Below, in pieces: positions 26,295-35,463 of a stretch of 64,000 bases of DNA; positions within the stretch are counted from its first letter, which is position 1, and every line of letters starts with the position of its first letter. A program made the position numbers and the translations under genes. The DNA is from Patescibacteria group bacterium (lineage in GTDB: Bacteria > Patescibacteriota > Patescibacteriia > JAHIZJ01): positions 36,940 to 100,939 of the forward strand of contig JBAZLK010000001.1 in the NCBI GenBank assembly GCA_041650335.1, in the 5' to 3' direction. The notes beneath the pieces are model-generated. The model was not told where the DNA came from. It saw nothing but the letters and a program-made list of their open reading frames with translations, and did not search any database.

Positions 26295-27506
26295 TCAGTA
26301 CTGCGCCCGTGCAGGTATTATAAGGGTTTTTTGACGATATTTCAAGTGGACGATTTGAGGCACGTGGGTCGGGGTCTGGAAAACCAGAATGAGACAAATG
26401 AGACAGTACAAGAGGGTGTCTCGTTTCTTGCCGAGATTGCGCTTTGCCAGCTCTAGTAAGGATTCTTCTCCCTCTGCGCCCCGCAGGCGGCCATTGAGGA
26501 AACCTAAGCGATATGTGACGCCGTCGCTCATCAAGTGCCAGTTCGTGCCTTCCAAAGCCTTCTTTAGGAGCTTTTGCAGGCCATGGACGCTATCATATTC
26601 GGATCGACCTGGTCGGTTATCTTGTAAGGTAAAGTCGATGCTGACGCCTCGCCGAAGCTCAGGCTTGCTGAATTCAAATTTACCGTATCCCGCTTTCTCG
26701 ACGATCGGTGTTAGCAAGCCCAGCAAATCAGCAATCGCCAGCTTCTTCATTTTTGCGACCATTTCGTAGGCTTCTTTGTTTTCTTCCTTGTCATTCAATT
26801 CCTTTGAAAATGCCGTCATCCGGTCGGTTTGGATCACGTACTCCGATCCCTCATTTTCCGACAGGCAGTATTTCTTTCGATCGGCTTCGAAATTCGGATC
26901 AATCGTTTCTTCCGCAGTTTTATCGTCGAGATTCAGCTTGTCCGTTTTCTTATGACCGCAGTTCGGGCAGGAATACACCGTGGTGATGATATTTTCTTTC
27001 CGGGAATTAGTCGACGTCATGTGTGCGGCGCATTTCGGACAAGGCGTGGGACGGGGTTGCCATTCTTCGCCGCCTACCCAGCACGCCCGACGTTTGCCGC
27101 AGTCCGGACAGCGAAAAAAGAAAAGGACGCGGTCTTTTTGACCGTCGACGCTTTCGTGCAGGTCGCAGTCGGTATATTCCATAATCGAGCCACACCCGAG
27201 ACAGCGGATACCGACTGGCTCGATGGCGGCAGCGATTCTTTCATCGCGCTTGCAATCCCGTTCCATCCAGCCGCGAATCGCTTCGGCTTTGTTCCGATAG
27301 CGCTCGCCCGTGATGAAATACATGGCGACATTGACGAAAAGATTCTCGTCAAACGGTTCTTTGGATGTATCCGACCGTTCTCGTTTCGCGTCCACCGCCG
27401 ATCTTCGCAATCTTATTTCCATTCGGCGGCACTCGTCGACAGTGAAACGGTCATAGAGGTCATTGTAATGAGATTCGACTTTGAGGTAGGGCATAAAATA
27501 TCGCAT
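26295..27506 (-). CDS. Multi-zinc-finger hypothetical protein spanning the left att site
   Basis: Four CxxC pairs (CLGC, CPDC, CPKC, CPNC) and a GVTYRLGFLNGRLRG segment. The true start may be MPYLK at 27494. Confidence 0.7.
   Translation of the reverse strand: MRYFMPYLKVESHYNDLYDRFTVDECRRMEIRLRRSAVDAKRERSDTSKEPFDENLFVNVAMYFITGERYRNKAEAIRGWMERDCKRDERIAAAIEPVGIRCLGCGSIMEYTDCDLHESVDGQKDRVLFFFRCPDCGKRRACWVGGEEWQPRPTPCPKCAAHMTSTNSRKENIITTVYSCPNCGHKKTDKLNLDDKTAEETIDPNFEADRKKYCLSENEGSEYVIQTDRMTAFSKELNDKEENKEAYEMVAKMKKLAIADLLGLLTPIVEKAGYGKFEFSKPELRRGVSIDFTLQDNRPGRSEYDSVHGLQKLLKKALEGTNWHLMSDGVTYRLGFLNGRLRGAEGEESLLELAKRNLGKKRDTLLYCLICLILVFQTPTHVPQIVHLKYRQKTLIIPARAQY
26317..26345 (-). promoter_or_regulatory. 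Promoter TTGAAA-N17-TATAAT for tRNA-Ser(TGA)
   Basis: The minus strand reads ttgaaatatcgtcaaaaaacccttataat, just outside the left junction of the element. Confidence 0.6.
26354..26372 (+). repeat. Left attachment-site core
   Basis: TTTGAGGCACGTGGGTCGG is 18/19 identical to 44547-44565, with a 12-bp perfect core CACGTGGGTCGG. Confidence 0.75.
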
Positions 27507-27675
27507 TCAAGCTAAAATTCGCTTAGGGCGCTTAATAAGCAGTTTGGATTGAATGAAAAATCGACTGCTGTGGATAACTTAAGTATAATCCAATTTAGCT
27601 AACAAAAGCCAAAAAAATACGAAACGGATTTAAACGGTTAATATCCGTTGTCGTTCGTTTTCATTTCCTCGTCCA

Positions 27676-27703
27676 TTGACCAGAAATGACCAGTATGTAT
27701 ACT
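27676..27703 (+). promoter_or_regulatory. Promoter TTGACC-N16-TATACT upstream of the structured leader and terminase operon
   Basis: The hexamers are visible directly, and the predicted start (~27709) coincides with the first stem. Confidence 0.55.
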
Positions 27704-27707
27704 CAAA

Positions 27708-28100
27708 ACGTACGCTGAATTTGAAAGATTTGGCGCCACGAAGATTCATTAACGCAACCAAGAAAGGAACCAAAGCCCGAAAGGATTACACCCCGATGCG
27801 CGCCACGGAAGAACATCGGCGTACGTCGCGGGATCGAGCGACAAGCTCGTTATGTACCGCAGAGGCAGAGAGTGGTTTAAGCTAATGCTCGTCATGTAGC
27901 TTATATACCCCCACTCTTTCCGAATACTCGCCATACGTCTTGGCTCAAAAAACGCGCTAGCGTGAGGAAAGAGGTCGAACCGCGTGTGGGTACGACTCAA
28001 AGCTCCGCTAACGAACGAAGAGGCCCGGAGTAAATGACGAATTTTGGTCAGCCCCTAATCCTGGGAACCAATTTTAGTCGTTTATACTGCGCCTCTTTTT
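27708..28100 (+). ncRNA. Candidate ~390-nt multi-stem RNA / attenuator leader
   Basis: ACGTACGC/GCGTACGT closing stem, two copies of GCGCCACG(G)AAGA, AGAGTGG/CCACTCT with inner TAAGCTA/TAGCTTA, and a terminal AAGAGGC/GCCTCTT stem plus T-run. Confidence 0.55.
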
Positions 28101-28137
28101 GCTTTGCCCTAAGGAGGCCAGGAAGGAGATCAACACC

Positions 28138-29460
28138 ATGAACAACCCAAACCTCAAAATCCACTACGTCGACGTCAACGAATTGAAACCGTCCGAGTAC
28201 AACCCCCGCGTCTGGGACAAGCAGGCCATCCACGATCTGACCGAGAGCATAAAGCGTTACGGTCTAGTTGAGCCACTGTTATGCAACGGTGCCTCCAGTC
28301 GTCGCAATATAGTCATAGGGGGTCACTTCCGACTGAAGATCGCAAAAGACCTCGGCATTGAGACAGCGCCGGTAGTGTACGTGAACATTCCTGACATCGA
28401 AAAGGAAAAAGAGCTGAACTTGCGTCTGAACAAAAATACGGGCGCATTCGACTTGGACCTGTTGGCGACACTCGATGAGCGTTTTCTCGCTGATATCGGT
28501 TTCTCCTCCGAAGAACTGGACGACATTTTCGAGATTGAAGAGACGCCGGGAGTGTTCGATCTTGAACGGGAGCTCAAGAAACTGGATATCAACAACATTG
28601 AAATCCAGAAAGGCGACGTCTACCGACTTGGAGACTCGAAAATCATGTGCGGTGACAGTACCATTGAAGCGGATATGCTGAAACTCATGAACGGCGAGAA
28701 GGCCGATATGTGCCTAACTGACGCGCCCTACATCCTCGATTATCTCAGGGGTAAAAAGAAAAACGGCAAGCCGACCGAGGGATTTGGATTCAAACGTGAT
28801 CGCAGGTACCTCGAGACGGACAGCTTGCCGGAGAACTTCAGCGAATTGTGGATGGGCAATGTCGCCAAGGTTCAGAAGGACGACTTCTCTATCATTGCGT
28901 ACGAAAATTGGAAGAATATTCCGACCATTTGGGGCGAGATGGCTAAACACTGGAAAATCAAGAACATGATCGTCTGGCACCTCCCGAACCGTACCCAAGG
29001 ATTCGCCGCTAAGTATAAATTCTTCTCCAAGCACGATATCGTCATGGTAGGCACGCAAGGGAATGTTGTCTTGAATCAAGAGTCGGAAGAGACGCTGCTT
29101 CAGAACGAATATGAAACGGCGCTGTACGCCATCTCGGGGAGGCCCCAATGGGAGGGCTATGAAAAGGGCAAGAAAATCTGCCCGACCGACTTCATCGAGT
29201 ACAACGCCGCGGATGAGAAGAGTTCAGGCCAAGGGATCATCTTCGGTACAAAACCCGTGCAGATACTTATCCCGTATCTCAAGGTACTAACCAAGCGGGG
29301 CGATCTCGTGCTAGAACCTTTCGGCGGGTCGGGCAGTACGTTAATCGCCGCCGAGAAAATGAACCGACGCTGCTTCCTAATGGAAAAATCTCCGGTCTAT
29401 GCCGAAGTCATCCGCAAGCGCTGGGAAAATCTGACTGGTCGTAAAGCAACAAAAATATGA
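28138..29460 (+). CDS. ParB/Srx N-terminal domain fused to N6A/N4C DNA methyltransferase
   Basis: YNPR...GGHFRL ParB-like domain, CGDST, motif IV-like DAPY, TKP and motif I EPFGGSGST. Confidence 0.85.
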   Translation: MNNPNLKIHYVDVNELKPSEYNPRVWDKQAIHDLTESIKRYGLVEPLLCNGASSRRNIVIGGHFRLKIAKDLGIETAPVVYVNIPDIEKEKELNLRLNKNTGAFDLDLLATLDERFLADIGFSSEELDDIFEIEETPGVFDLERELKKLDINNIEIQKGDVYRLGDSKIMCGDSTIEADMLKLMNGEKADMCLTDAPYILDYLRGKKKNGKPTEGFGFKRDRRYLETDSLPENFSELWMGNVAKVQKDDFSIIAYENWKNIPTIWGEMAKHWKIKNMIVWHLPNRTQGFAAKYKFFSKHDIVMVGTQGNVVLNQESEETLLQNEYETALYAISGRPQWEGYEKGKKICPTDFIEYNAADEKSSGQGIIFGTKPVQILIPYLKVLTKRGDLVLEPFGGSGSTLIAAEKMNRRCFLMEKSPVYAEVIRKRWENLTGRKATKI

Positions 29461-29885
29461 ACGACCTTTATCAAGAAACCATCGAGCAAAGGCAGGTCAG
29501 AGACAAGGAATCGATCTTGGAATACTTGCGGAAGATGCCCATCGCGCAGATCGCCTGCGAGCGAGCCGGAATAGCCCGAGCCACCTACTACCGTTGGCGA
29601 AACGAGGATAAAGAATTCAAGAAAGCGGCGGACGAGGCAATGCGGGACGGCGAGGCATTCATCAACGACTTAAGCGAAAGCCAAGTCGTGACGCTGATTA
29701 AAGACCGGAACCTGCCAGCCATCACCCTATGGCTGAAGAATCATCATCCCGCGTATGCCGACAGGATCAAAGTGGAGGCGAGCATAAGCCGTACGGACGA
29801 GCCGTTGAGCGCGGAGGAGGAAAAGCTGGTGCGGCACGCGCTGGCCTGCCTGCGCGGAACCGCTAACGAGAAATCCAATGATTAA
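29457..29885 (+). CDS. HTH protein, putative terminase small subunit
   Basis: IACERAGIARATYYRWRNEDKEF HTH, translationally coupled immediately upstream of the terminase large subunit. Confidence 0.65.
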   Translation: MNDLYQETIEQRQVRDKESILEYLRKMPIAQIACERAGIARATYYRWRNEDKEFKKAADEAMRDGEAFINDLSESQVVTLIKDRNLPAITLWLKNHHPAYADRIKVEASISRTDEPLSAEEEKLVRHALACLRGTANEKSND

Positions 29886-31407
29886 CTTACCGCCCGACGT
29901 CAGCAAGGCGATCGCGGGCAACCAGAAGGTGCGTATAGCGATCGCGCGGCAAAGTCATCTTGCCTTCTTCACGGTCTATCTGCACAACTACATCAAATAC
30001 CCATTCGCACCGTTCCATGATGATCTGTTTGATATCACCGAGCGGAACGATAACCGTTATGCCGTGATTACCGCGTTTCGCGGATCGGGAAAATCCACGA
30101 TCCTCACGCTGTCATATCCGCTGTGGGCGATCATCGGACGGCCGCAAAAAAAGTTCGTGCTTATCTTGGGCAACACCATGCATCAGGCGCAAACCTACAT
30201 GAAGCACATCAAGAGCGAGTTGGAAGGGAACCTGCTGCTCCGTCGCGACCTCGGGCCATTTCAGGAGGAGAACAATTGGCAAGCGGCATCGATAGTCCTC
30301 CAAAAGTATGGCGCTCGCATCACTTGCGCTTCTTACGAGCAGGGCATACGCGGCCTGCGGCATCGGCAGTACCGTCCCGATCTCATCATTTGCGACGACA
30401 TCGAGGACTTGGATTCGGTCAAAACGCTGGAAAGCCGGGACCGAACGGCCGACTGGTTTAAGGGCGAAGTGCTACCCGCCGGAGACAGAAACACACGCGT
30501 CTTCGTCGTCGGAAACTTGTTGCATGAGGATTCCTTGATCATGCGCCTGCGGAAGGAAATCGAGGAGGGCCAGTTCGACGCCGATTATCGGGCATATCCT
30601 TTTCTCGACGAAGCGGGGAAAGCCGCGTGGCCGGGGAAGTTCCCTGATCAAGCGAGCATTGATGCGGAACGGCGAAAGATTAACGACGAGGCGGCCTTCC
30701 AGCGGGAGTACATGCTGAACATAATCCCTGACGTGGATCGGGTCATTCAGAAGGAGTGGATACGCTATTACGACGACCTGCCGGACGAGGAGTCGGGATG
30801 GCGATACGGTCGGGCGGGGATCGGGGTCGATCCGGCTTTGTCGCAGCGAGACGGCGCGGACCGCACGGCCATGGTCGCGGCGAAATCCTTCATCAAGGGA
30901 AAAGAGTTGCGGGTGTACGTCCTGCCGTATCCGGTGAACGAGCGGCTCACGCCGCTCCGGTCGATACAGCGGGCGAAGAAAGTCGCGAGTCGCGTCGAGT
31001 CGGGCCGAAAGACGCCCTTGTTCGTCGAGGACGTCGCCTTCCAGCGGCATCTCATCGATGACCTGAAAAAAGAAGGATATCCGGCCATCGGCGTGCCAAC
31101 GCGCGGCTTGGACAAGCGCGGCCGATTGCTTGCGGTGAGTCAGTACCTCGAGAATGGCCAGGTGTTTTTCCCTCGTCATGGAGCGGAAATCCTGATCAGC
31201 CAGCTCTTGGGATTCGGCGCGGAGCGGTACGATGATTTGGTGGACGCGTTCACGATCATCGTGGGCGAGCTGTTCCAGCACCCGCCCTCGCCGCCGCCAA
31301 CGTGGATGAACGACGATGATGATAACGATCCGCAAATCGACGACGGATTCGGTTATCCGACAGACGGCAAGCCGATCTTCTGGGACATTTTAAATAAGCA
31401 GTTCTAG
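29878..31407 (+). CDS. Phage terminase large subunit-like protein
   Basis: Walker A AFRGSGKST, Walker B DLIICDDIE, and RNase H-like nuclease motifs GVDPALS...D and DDLVDA. Confidence 0.85.
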   Translation: MINLPPDVSKAIAGNQKVRIAIARQSHLAFFTVYLHNYIKYPFAPFHDDLFDITERNDNRYAVITAFRGSGKSTILTLSYPLWAIIGRPQKKFVLILGNTMHQAQTYMKHIKSELEGNLLLRRDLGPFQEENNWQAASIVLQKYGARITCASYEQGIRGLRHRQYRPDLIICDDIEDLDSVKTLESRDRTADWFKGEVLPAGDRNTRVFVVGNLLHEDSLIMRLRKEIEEGQFDADYRAYPFLDEAGKAAWPGKFPDQASIDAERRKINDEAAFQREYMLNIIPDVDRVIQKEWIRYYDDLPDEESGWRYGRAGIGVDPALSQRDGADRTAMVAAKSFIKGKELRVYVLPYPVNERLTPLRSIQRAKKVASRVESGRKTPLFVEDVAFQRHLIDDLKKEGYPAIGVPTRGLDKRGRLLAVSQYLENGQVFFPRHGAEILISQLLGFGAERYDDLVDAFTIIVGELFQHPPSPPPTWMNDDDDNDPQIDDGFGYPTDGKPIFWDILNKQF

Positions 31408-31624
31408 GAGGGCTCAAGGCGGAAAAGTTATCGACAAGTTGTCGACTGGACTTCCACGACCTTCGCGGTACCGTAGGAATAGCGGAATATCCTTGCAGAA
31501 GGCCTGAAAAAGGGGTAAACTGAGAGTAATTCGAGGCCTTCGGAAAAGGTTGTTTCGCCCGAATGTTCATTCTGCAATAACCATCTTTACCTAAACCGTT
31601 CTTCGGAACGGCATGGTATATAAA

Positions 31625-31743
31625 ACCCTTGGAAGATACTGAACCCCGTGTTCAGCGACTCTTCCAAGGGTCATATCCCGAAAGGGGTATGGGCGGCCGA
31701 AAGGTTGCTAGCTGGCGCGGGGTTTTGTGTATCTGGAGCCAGC
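31625..31743 (+). ncRNA. Candidate structured cis-regulatory RNA
   Basis: 12-bp ACCCTTGGAAGA/TCTTCCAAGGGT stem, two GAAA-capped hairpins with G-U pairs, GCTGGC/GCCAGC stem, and alternative pairing AACCCCGT/GCGGGGTT. Confidence 0.55.
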
Positions 31744-31785
31744 AACACTAATGGAACAACTTACTTCTTGAAGGGAGGTGATCAC

Positions 31786-32313
31786 ATGGCAGATGAAAAA
31801 CAACCGAAGAAGAAAGGCCGTAAAGGTCTCTGGATTACCTTAATCGTTGTCGTATTCGCGATTATCGGTTTGGCCAGCATGAACAAAGAAAACAAAAACG
31901 CGAATACGAATTCGACAGCGCAGGCGAACGTGACGGCGAAAAACGCTAATACTCAACAAGTCACTCTGGCAGAACATAAGGTAATACCAAAGGATACGCA
32001 CGGTACGACGAAGATTGTTTATGCGATAGTCAATCCGAATATCACCCGAGCGGAAGTCATCGCAATAAATGACTCGTTAATCAGTCAGTACTCCTCCGGC
32101 CTAACGCATCTCACGATCGAGTACTTCGATGACGAAACGGTTTCGGGGGACTACTTCAGTAAAATAACCGACCTGTTGAGTCAAGATAAGACGACAGAGG
32201 CTGATAATCTTGCGAAACACTATCTCGCGACCTACACCATGAATACAGTGTCAGGTCTTAACCAGCTTGAGTATAAAGAGAACGGAGAATTGGTATCGAT
32301 CAAGAATTATTAA
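31786..32313 (+). CDS. Membrane-anchored hypothetical protein with Asn/Thr-rich linker
   Basis: SD GGGAGGTG, MADEKQPKKKGRK followed by a TM helix and a NANTNS linker. Confidence 0.7.
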   Translation: MADEKQPKKKGRKGLWITLIVVVFAIIGLASMNKENKNANTNSTAQANVTAKNANTQQVTLAEHKVIPKDTHGTTKIVYAIVNPNITRAEVIAINDSLISQYSSGLTHLTIEYFDDETVSGDYFSKITDLLSQDKTTEADNLAKHYLATYTMNTVSGLNQLEYKENGELVSIKNY

Positions 32314-32326
32314 CATTGCGGGTATA

Positions 32327-32359
32327 CAAAACCGCTTTCGATGAGAAAGTGGTTTTGTC
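32327..32359. terminator. Bidirectional terminator
   Basis: ACAAAACCGCTTTC...GAAAGTGGTTTTGT between convergent genes. Confidence 0.65.
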
Positions 32360-32381
32360 ATTATGGTTCAGTTGTTTTGCC

Positions 32382-33194
32382 CTAGAAGAGATCAAATGAT
32401 TCTTCGTTTGTTTGATGACGATTTTCCCTCTCTTGAGCACCAATGTCCCAGTCGAGATTCTCGCGTAATAGTTTGATATCTCGATTCTCTAAGTCCTGTA
32501 AGAAAGAATCTAACGCGTCAAAGTTTACAATATCAATTAAAAAATATTTCATGATATCAGTTGAGTCCCCGCTGCTTTTAGGTTGCTTGTATGAATAATC
32601 AATTTCAAGTTGGAATGGTTCGGTAATGGGAGCATGTCCCGAACTCGCATCACGCTTATGCAGGTTTTGTAGCGAATCAGTAATTATGAGAGGAAAATCA
32701 ACATGATAGGAGGAGGGGATGTTTCTCCCGTTACTAAAGAAAATAAGACCGTTGAGACATTGGTTCATCGCCTCGAAAACGTCATCACGGTTGCCGCTTT
32801 TTGCCGCTATTTTAGCAACGGGGACATTATCCACGTAATGATGCTTTGCTAAACCCTGATCCTGAGTAACATAATAATCCGGCTTATCGTTTAAAATGCT
32901 ATTATCCTTTGCCAATTCCGTAGCGGACTTCATATTCTTTTGTCTGAACCAAAAAACTACGGGATCCTTTATATGTTTACATTCAATAAATAGCCTGACG
33001 GCAAATACCTCGTTCCTAACTTTATACTTTTTCGTTGCGATAATATCAATTTCTCTAGGCTTCCCAGTCGCCGGATCGTTATAGTACGGACTGATAGTTG
33101 CCTCCCATTCGTGACTATGTAGAAAATCGGCGACTTTAAATTGCAAGTCGTTTCCACTATTATCAATTATTTCTTGGAATTTATCCTTAGTCAT
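32382..33194 (-). CDS. PD-(D/E)XK restriction-endonuclease-like protein
   Basis: YYND...REIDIIA...LFIECK catalytic motif. Confidence 0.7.
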   Translation of the reverse strand: MTKDKFQEIIDNSGNDLQFKVADFLHSHEWEATISPYYNDPATGKPREIDIIATKKYKVRNEVFAVRLFIECKHIKDPVVFWFRQKNMKSATELAKDNSILNDKPDYYVTQDQGLAKHHYVDNVPVAKIAAKSGNRDDVFEAMNQCLNGLIFFSNGRNIPSSYHVDFPLIITDSLQNLHKRDASSGHAPITEPFQLEIDYSYKQPKSSGDSTDIMKYFLIDIVNFDALDSFLQDLENRDIKLLRENLDWDIGAQERENRHQTNEESFDLF

Positions 33195-33206
33195 ATACGG
33201 ATTAGC

Positions 33207-34721
33207 TCAAATATAAAGAGAAACCAACTCTTTCCATACCGCGACCATCGCGTAGGTGTCGAATCCGCAGTACTCTTTCAGATTACTGGCGATAGTTTTG
33301 CTTTCCTCCGGAGTAGTCGCCGGAGATACCATCTTCCACCATGCATCCGAGGCCTGTCCGCCTTCCTGAATAGCCAGATTCCCATATCGAAGGTCGGGCA
33401 TGAGGGCTGGCAGAACATATTTAATGGAATGACTTCCGAAGAATTTCGGATGAACGTAATGCTGTTTTTGGAATATTTCCATGAGGTCATAGATTCTCGC
33501 ATTCAGATCCTCAAGGAATTCTTGATGCTGAGGGTGTCGCGAAGCAAGCTCGCGATGAACTCCCATTTCGAAGCATTGATTCCATACTAATATCCGGCCC
33601 CCGTCTTGCACGTGTCGCTGGAGTGTAGCGATAACTTGCCCGGAAGGATCGCTTCGTTCTTCGTGGAGATACTCGTAATGCTTAAGCTCACCGTTTGGCG
33701 CATCAAGGACATGGAGCGACATCTGAAATGGAATCCGTTGGTACGGCTTGAAACCGTTGAATATCGGAATAGCGGGTGCGAAGGTCTCGTAGTCGAGAAA
33801 ATACAGCGGAAATGTCAATGCGCCGAGCTTCTCCTTGATCGTTTTCAGGTCGATCATGGACTGTTGCGTTTGGTGCGCTCGTACTTGATTCCATTGGATA
33901 TCGGAGAGCTCGGTATCCTCCGGCACGTGGGCGATGTCGAAAATACGGCGTTCAACGAATGTACGGAGCTTCTTCTTGCTTACTCCGATACGGGCGATAT
34001 CGTGAACCGAGTACTCTGGAACGTCGGGGTTGGAGTATGAAAAGGTCGTACAGTGGTTATTGCGTCCGAGATAAATGCACTGGCATTCACCGGCTGGTTC
34101 TTTTTCTTGCAGAAGGTAATTCTTCGCGGCGGTCATTTCAGCCTCTATTTTCGGCAGTCGCGCACGAACCTTTTCGGTTTCGTCCTCGATCACAAGGAGC
34201 TGCTCGATATCGAGATCGCCCTGACGGACGTAGTCTTTGTTCAGATGGATGATATTATATTTCCCTGTTCGTATTTTGGCTCGATTCAATACGGATACTT
34301 GGAACGCAACATCATCGATGTGGTCGCGATCGGAACCCTCTTTGAGCGAGTTGGTACCTTTGACTTCGTATAAGTCCCAGCACTCGTTGGTTTCGTCATA
34401 AGCGAGAATATCGTTCCGAGCGATGAAACCGTCGACGATAAAGGTCGCCTGAAACAAGGTCGGGACCTTTGATGTCATGTGCCGGATCGTCTCTTGGCAA
34501 GCTTCGTCGCCGTAACCCACGATCTCAATTCCGTCGGGGAAAAGATTGCGAGCGATTGAATCAACTTCGTTTCCTTGTTCCAGAAGGTGTTTCTCGAACT
34601 CTGAAAGCTGATAATGCTGGTGTAAGTCTGGACGGTGAAGTTTCAGCCAGGTGTTTTTTGAGCACTGTAAAAATTCGAGGAAGACTGTTTTTGAGATGAG
34701 AATTTGTGGACTATTTATCAT
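33207..34721 (-). CDS. DUF2779-type RecB/Cas4-like nuclease with RNase H-like C-terminal domain
   Basis: SK..FL..LQC, DILA...YEVK, DVAFQ, FLDYET, WN..FE, SIKYVLP and YC..DT motifs. Confidence 0.8.
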   Translation of the reverse strand: MINSPQILISKTVFLEFLQCSKNTWLKLHRPDLHQHYQLSEFEKHLLEQGNEVDSIARNLFPDGIEIVGYGDEACQETIRHMTSKVPTLFQATFIVDGFIARNDILAYDETNECWDLYEVKGTNSLKEGSDRDHIDDVAFQVSVLNRAKIRTGKYNIIHLNKDYVRQGDLDIEQLLVIEDETEKVRARLPKIEAEMTAAKNYLLQEKEPAGECQCIYLGRNNHCTTFSYSNPDVPEYSVHDIARIGVSKKKLRTFVERRIFDIAHVPEDTELSDIQWNQVRAHQTQQSMIDLKTIKEKLGALTFPLYFLDYETFAPAIPIFNGFKPYQRIPFQMSLHVLDAPNGELKHYEYLHEERSDPSGQVIATLQRHVQDGGRILVWNQCFEMGVHRELASRHPQHQEFLEDLNARIYDLMEIFQKQHYVHPKFFGSHSIKYVLPALMPDLRYGNLAIQEGGQASDAWWKMVSPATTPEESKTIASNLKEYCGFDTYAMVAVWKELVSLYI

Positions 34722-35446
34722 AAAGCAACCTTAGGAGACGATGTTCTAAACTGGCTTATTCTTTCAATGTGCTGATTGCGAAACAATTTGAATTTATCTT
34801 TCCATTCAATATTAAGCAAATCCTTAAAACATAGTTCTATAATCTCTAGAATCAAGATATAACAATGAATTGTATATAGGATAGACCGATGAAGATTTGG
34901 TAAATCATTAATATCGGAGAAGATATTTTGATGATGATTCTTGTCAACTGTTATACGACTAAATATTGTCGATGAAAAATTTGAGTGTGTACCGTACTCT
35001 CGAGTTAAGTTATATGCGTCCTTGATTTTGTCGGTCTCTCGCCCCACCCATCTTGGTGAAAATGCCTTTTTAAAACCCTCGGTATCGTGCCGCTTCAACA
35101 GCCAGATTTTTGATTTTACTGGTGATATTCGTATGTGGTTTGCATAACCCGCGGCCTCAAGGGATCGACTAGTCATAGAATACGATTCTGCGATATGGGC
35201 TGAAAATATTAATTCCGAAGAACAGAAAAGACCTCTCAAGGAAATCCAGAATAACTCATATTCCACGAGTTTATTTTCTGGTACCGTAGACCCTAGCGCC
35301 TCTGTAAACGTGCAATACAAATCGATGAGCTGATTAACAGCACTAGTCTCGGCAGGAAAGTGCTGTGTCGTAGCTTTTACGTTTACGTTGTTTAATTCCG
35401 AGATTTTGGCAATATCAAGCGGCATTCTCGTCGAAATGTTATCCAT
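34718..35446 (-). CDS. Hypothetical alpha-helical protein (possibly DUF5677/HEPN-like)
   Basis: RSLE and Y.....YGTHSN motifs. AT-rich and overlapping the DUF2779 start. Confidence 0.5.
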   Translation of the reverse strand: MDNISTRMPLDIAKISELNNVNVKATTQHFPAETSAVNQLIDLYCTFTEALGSTVPENKLVEYELFWISLRGLFCSSELIFSAHIAESYSMTSRSLEAAGYANHIRISPVKSKIWLLKRHDTEGFKKAFSPRWVGRETDKIKDAYNLTREYGTHSNFSSTIFSRITVDKNHHQNIFSDINDLPNLHRSILYTIHCYILILEIIELCFKDLLNIEWKDKFKLFRNQHIERISQFRTSSPKVAL

Positions 35447-35463
35447 TTTTTAATACTTATGTA

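Noticed and set aside
30472-31335. 287-aa minus-strand ORF within terL
   Set aside because: Antisense shadow ORF with no recognisable domain.
31648-31785. N-terminal extension of the 221-aa ORF from GTG 31648
   Set aside because: It overlaps the structured RNA, and the strong SD supports ATG 31786.
33207-34721. Cas4-like nuclease suggesting a CRISPR-Cas locus
   Set aside because: No other cas genes and no repeat-spacer array were seen anywhere in the window.
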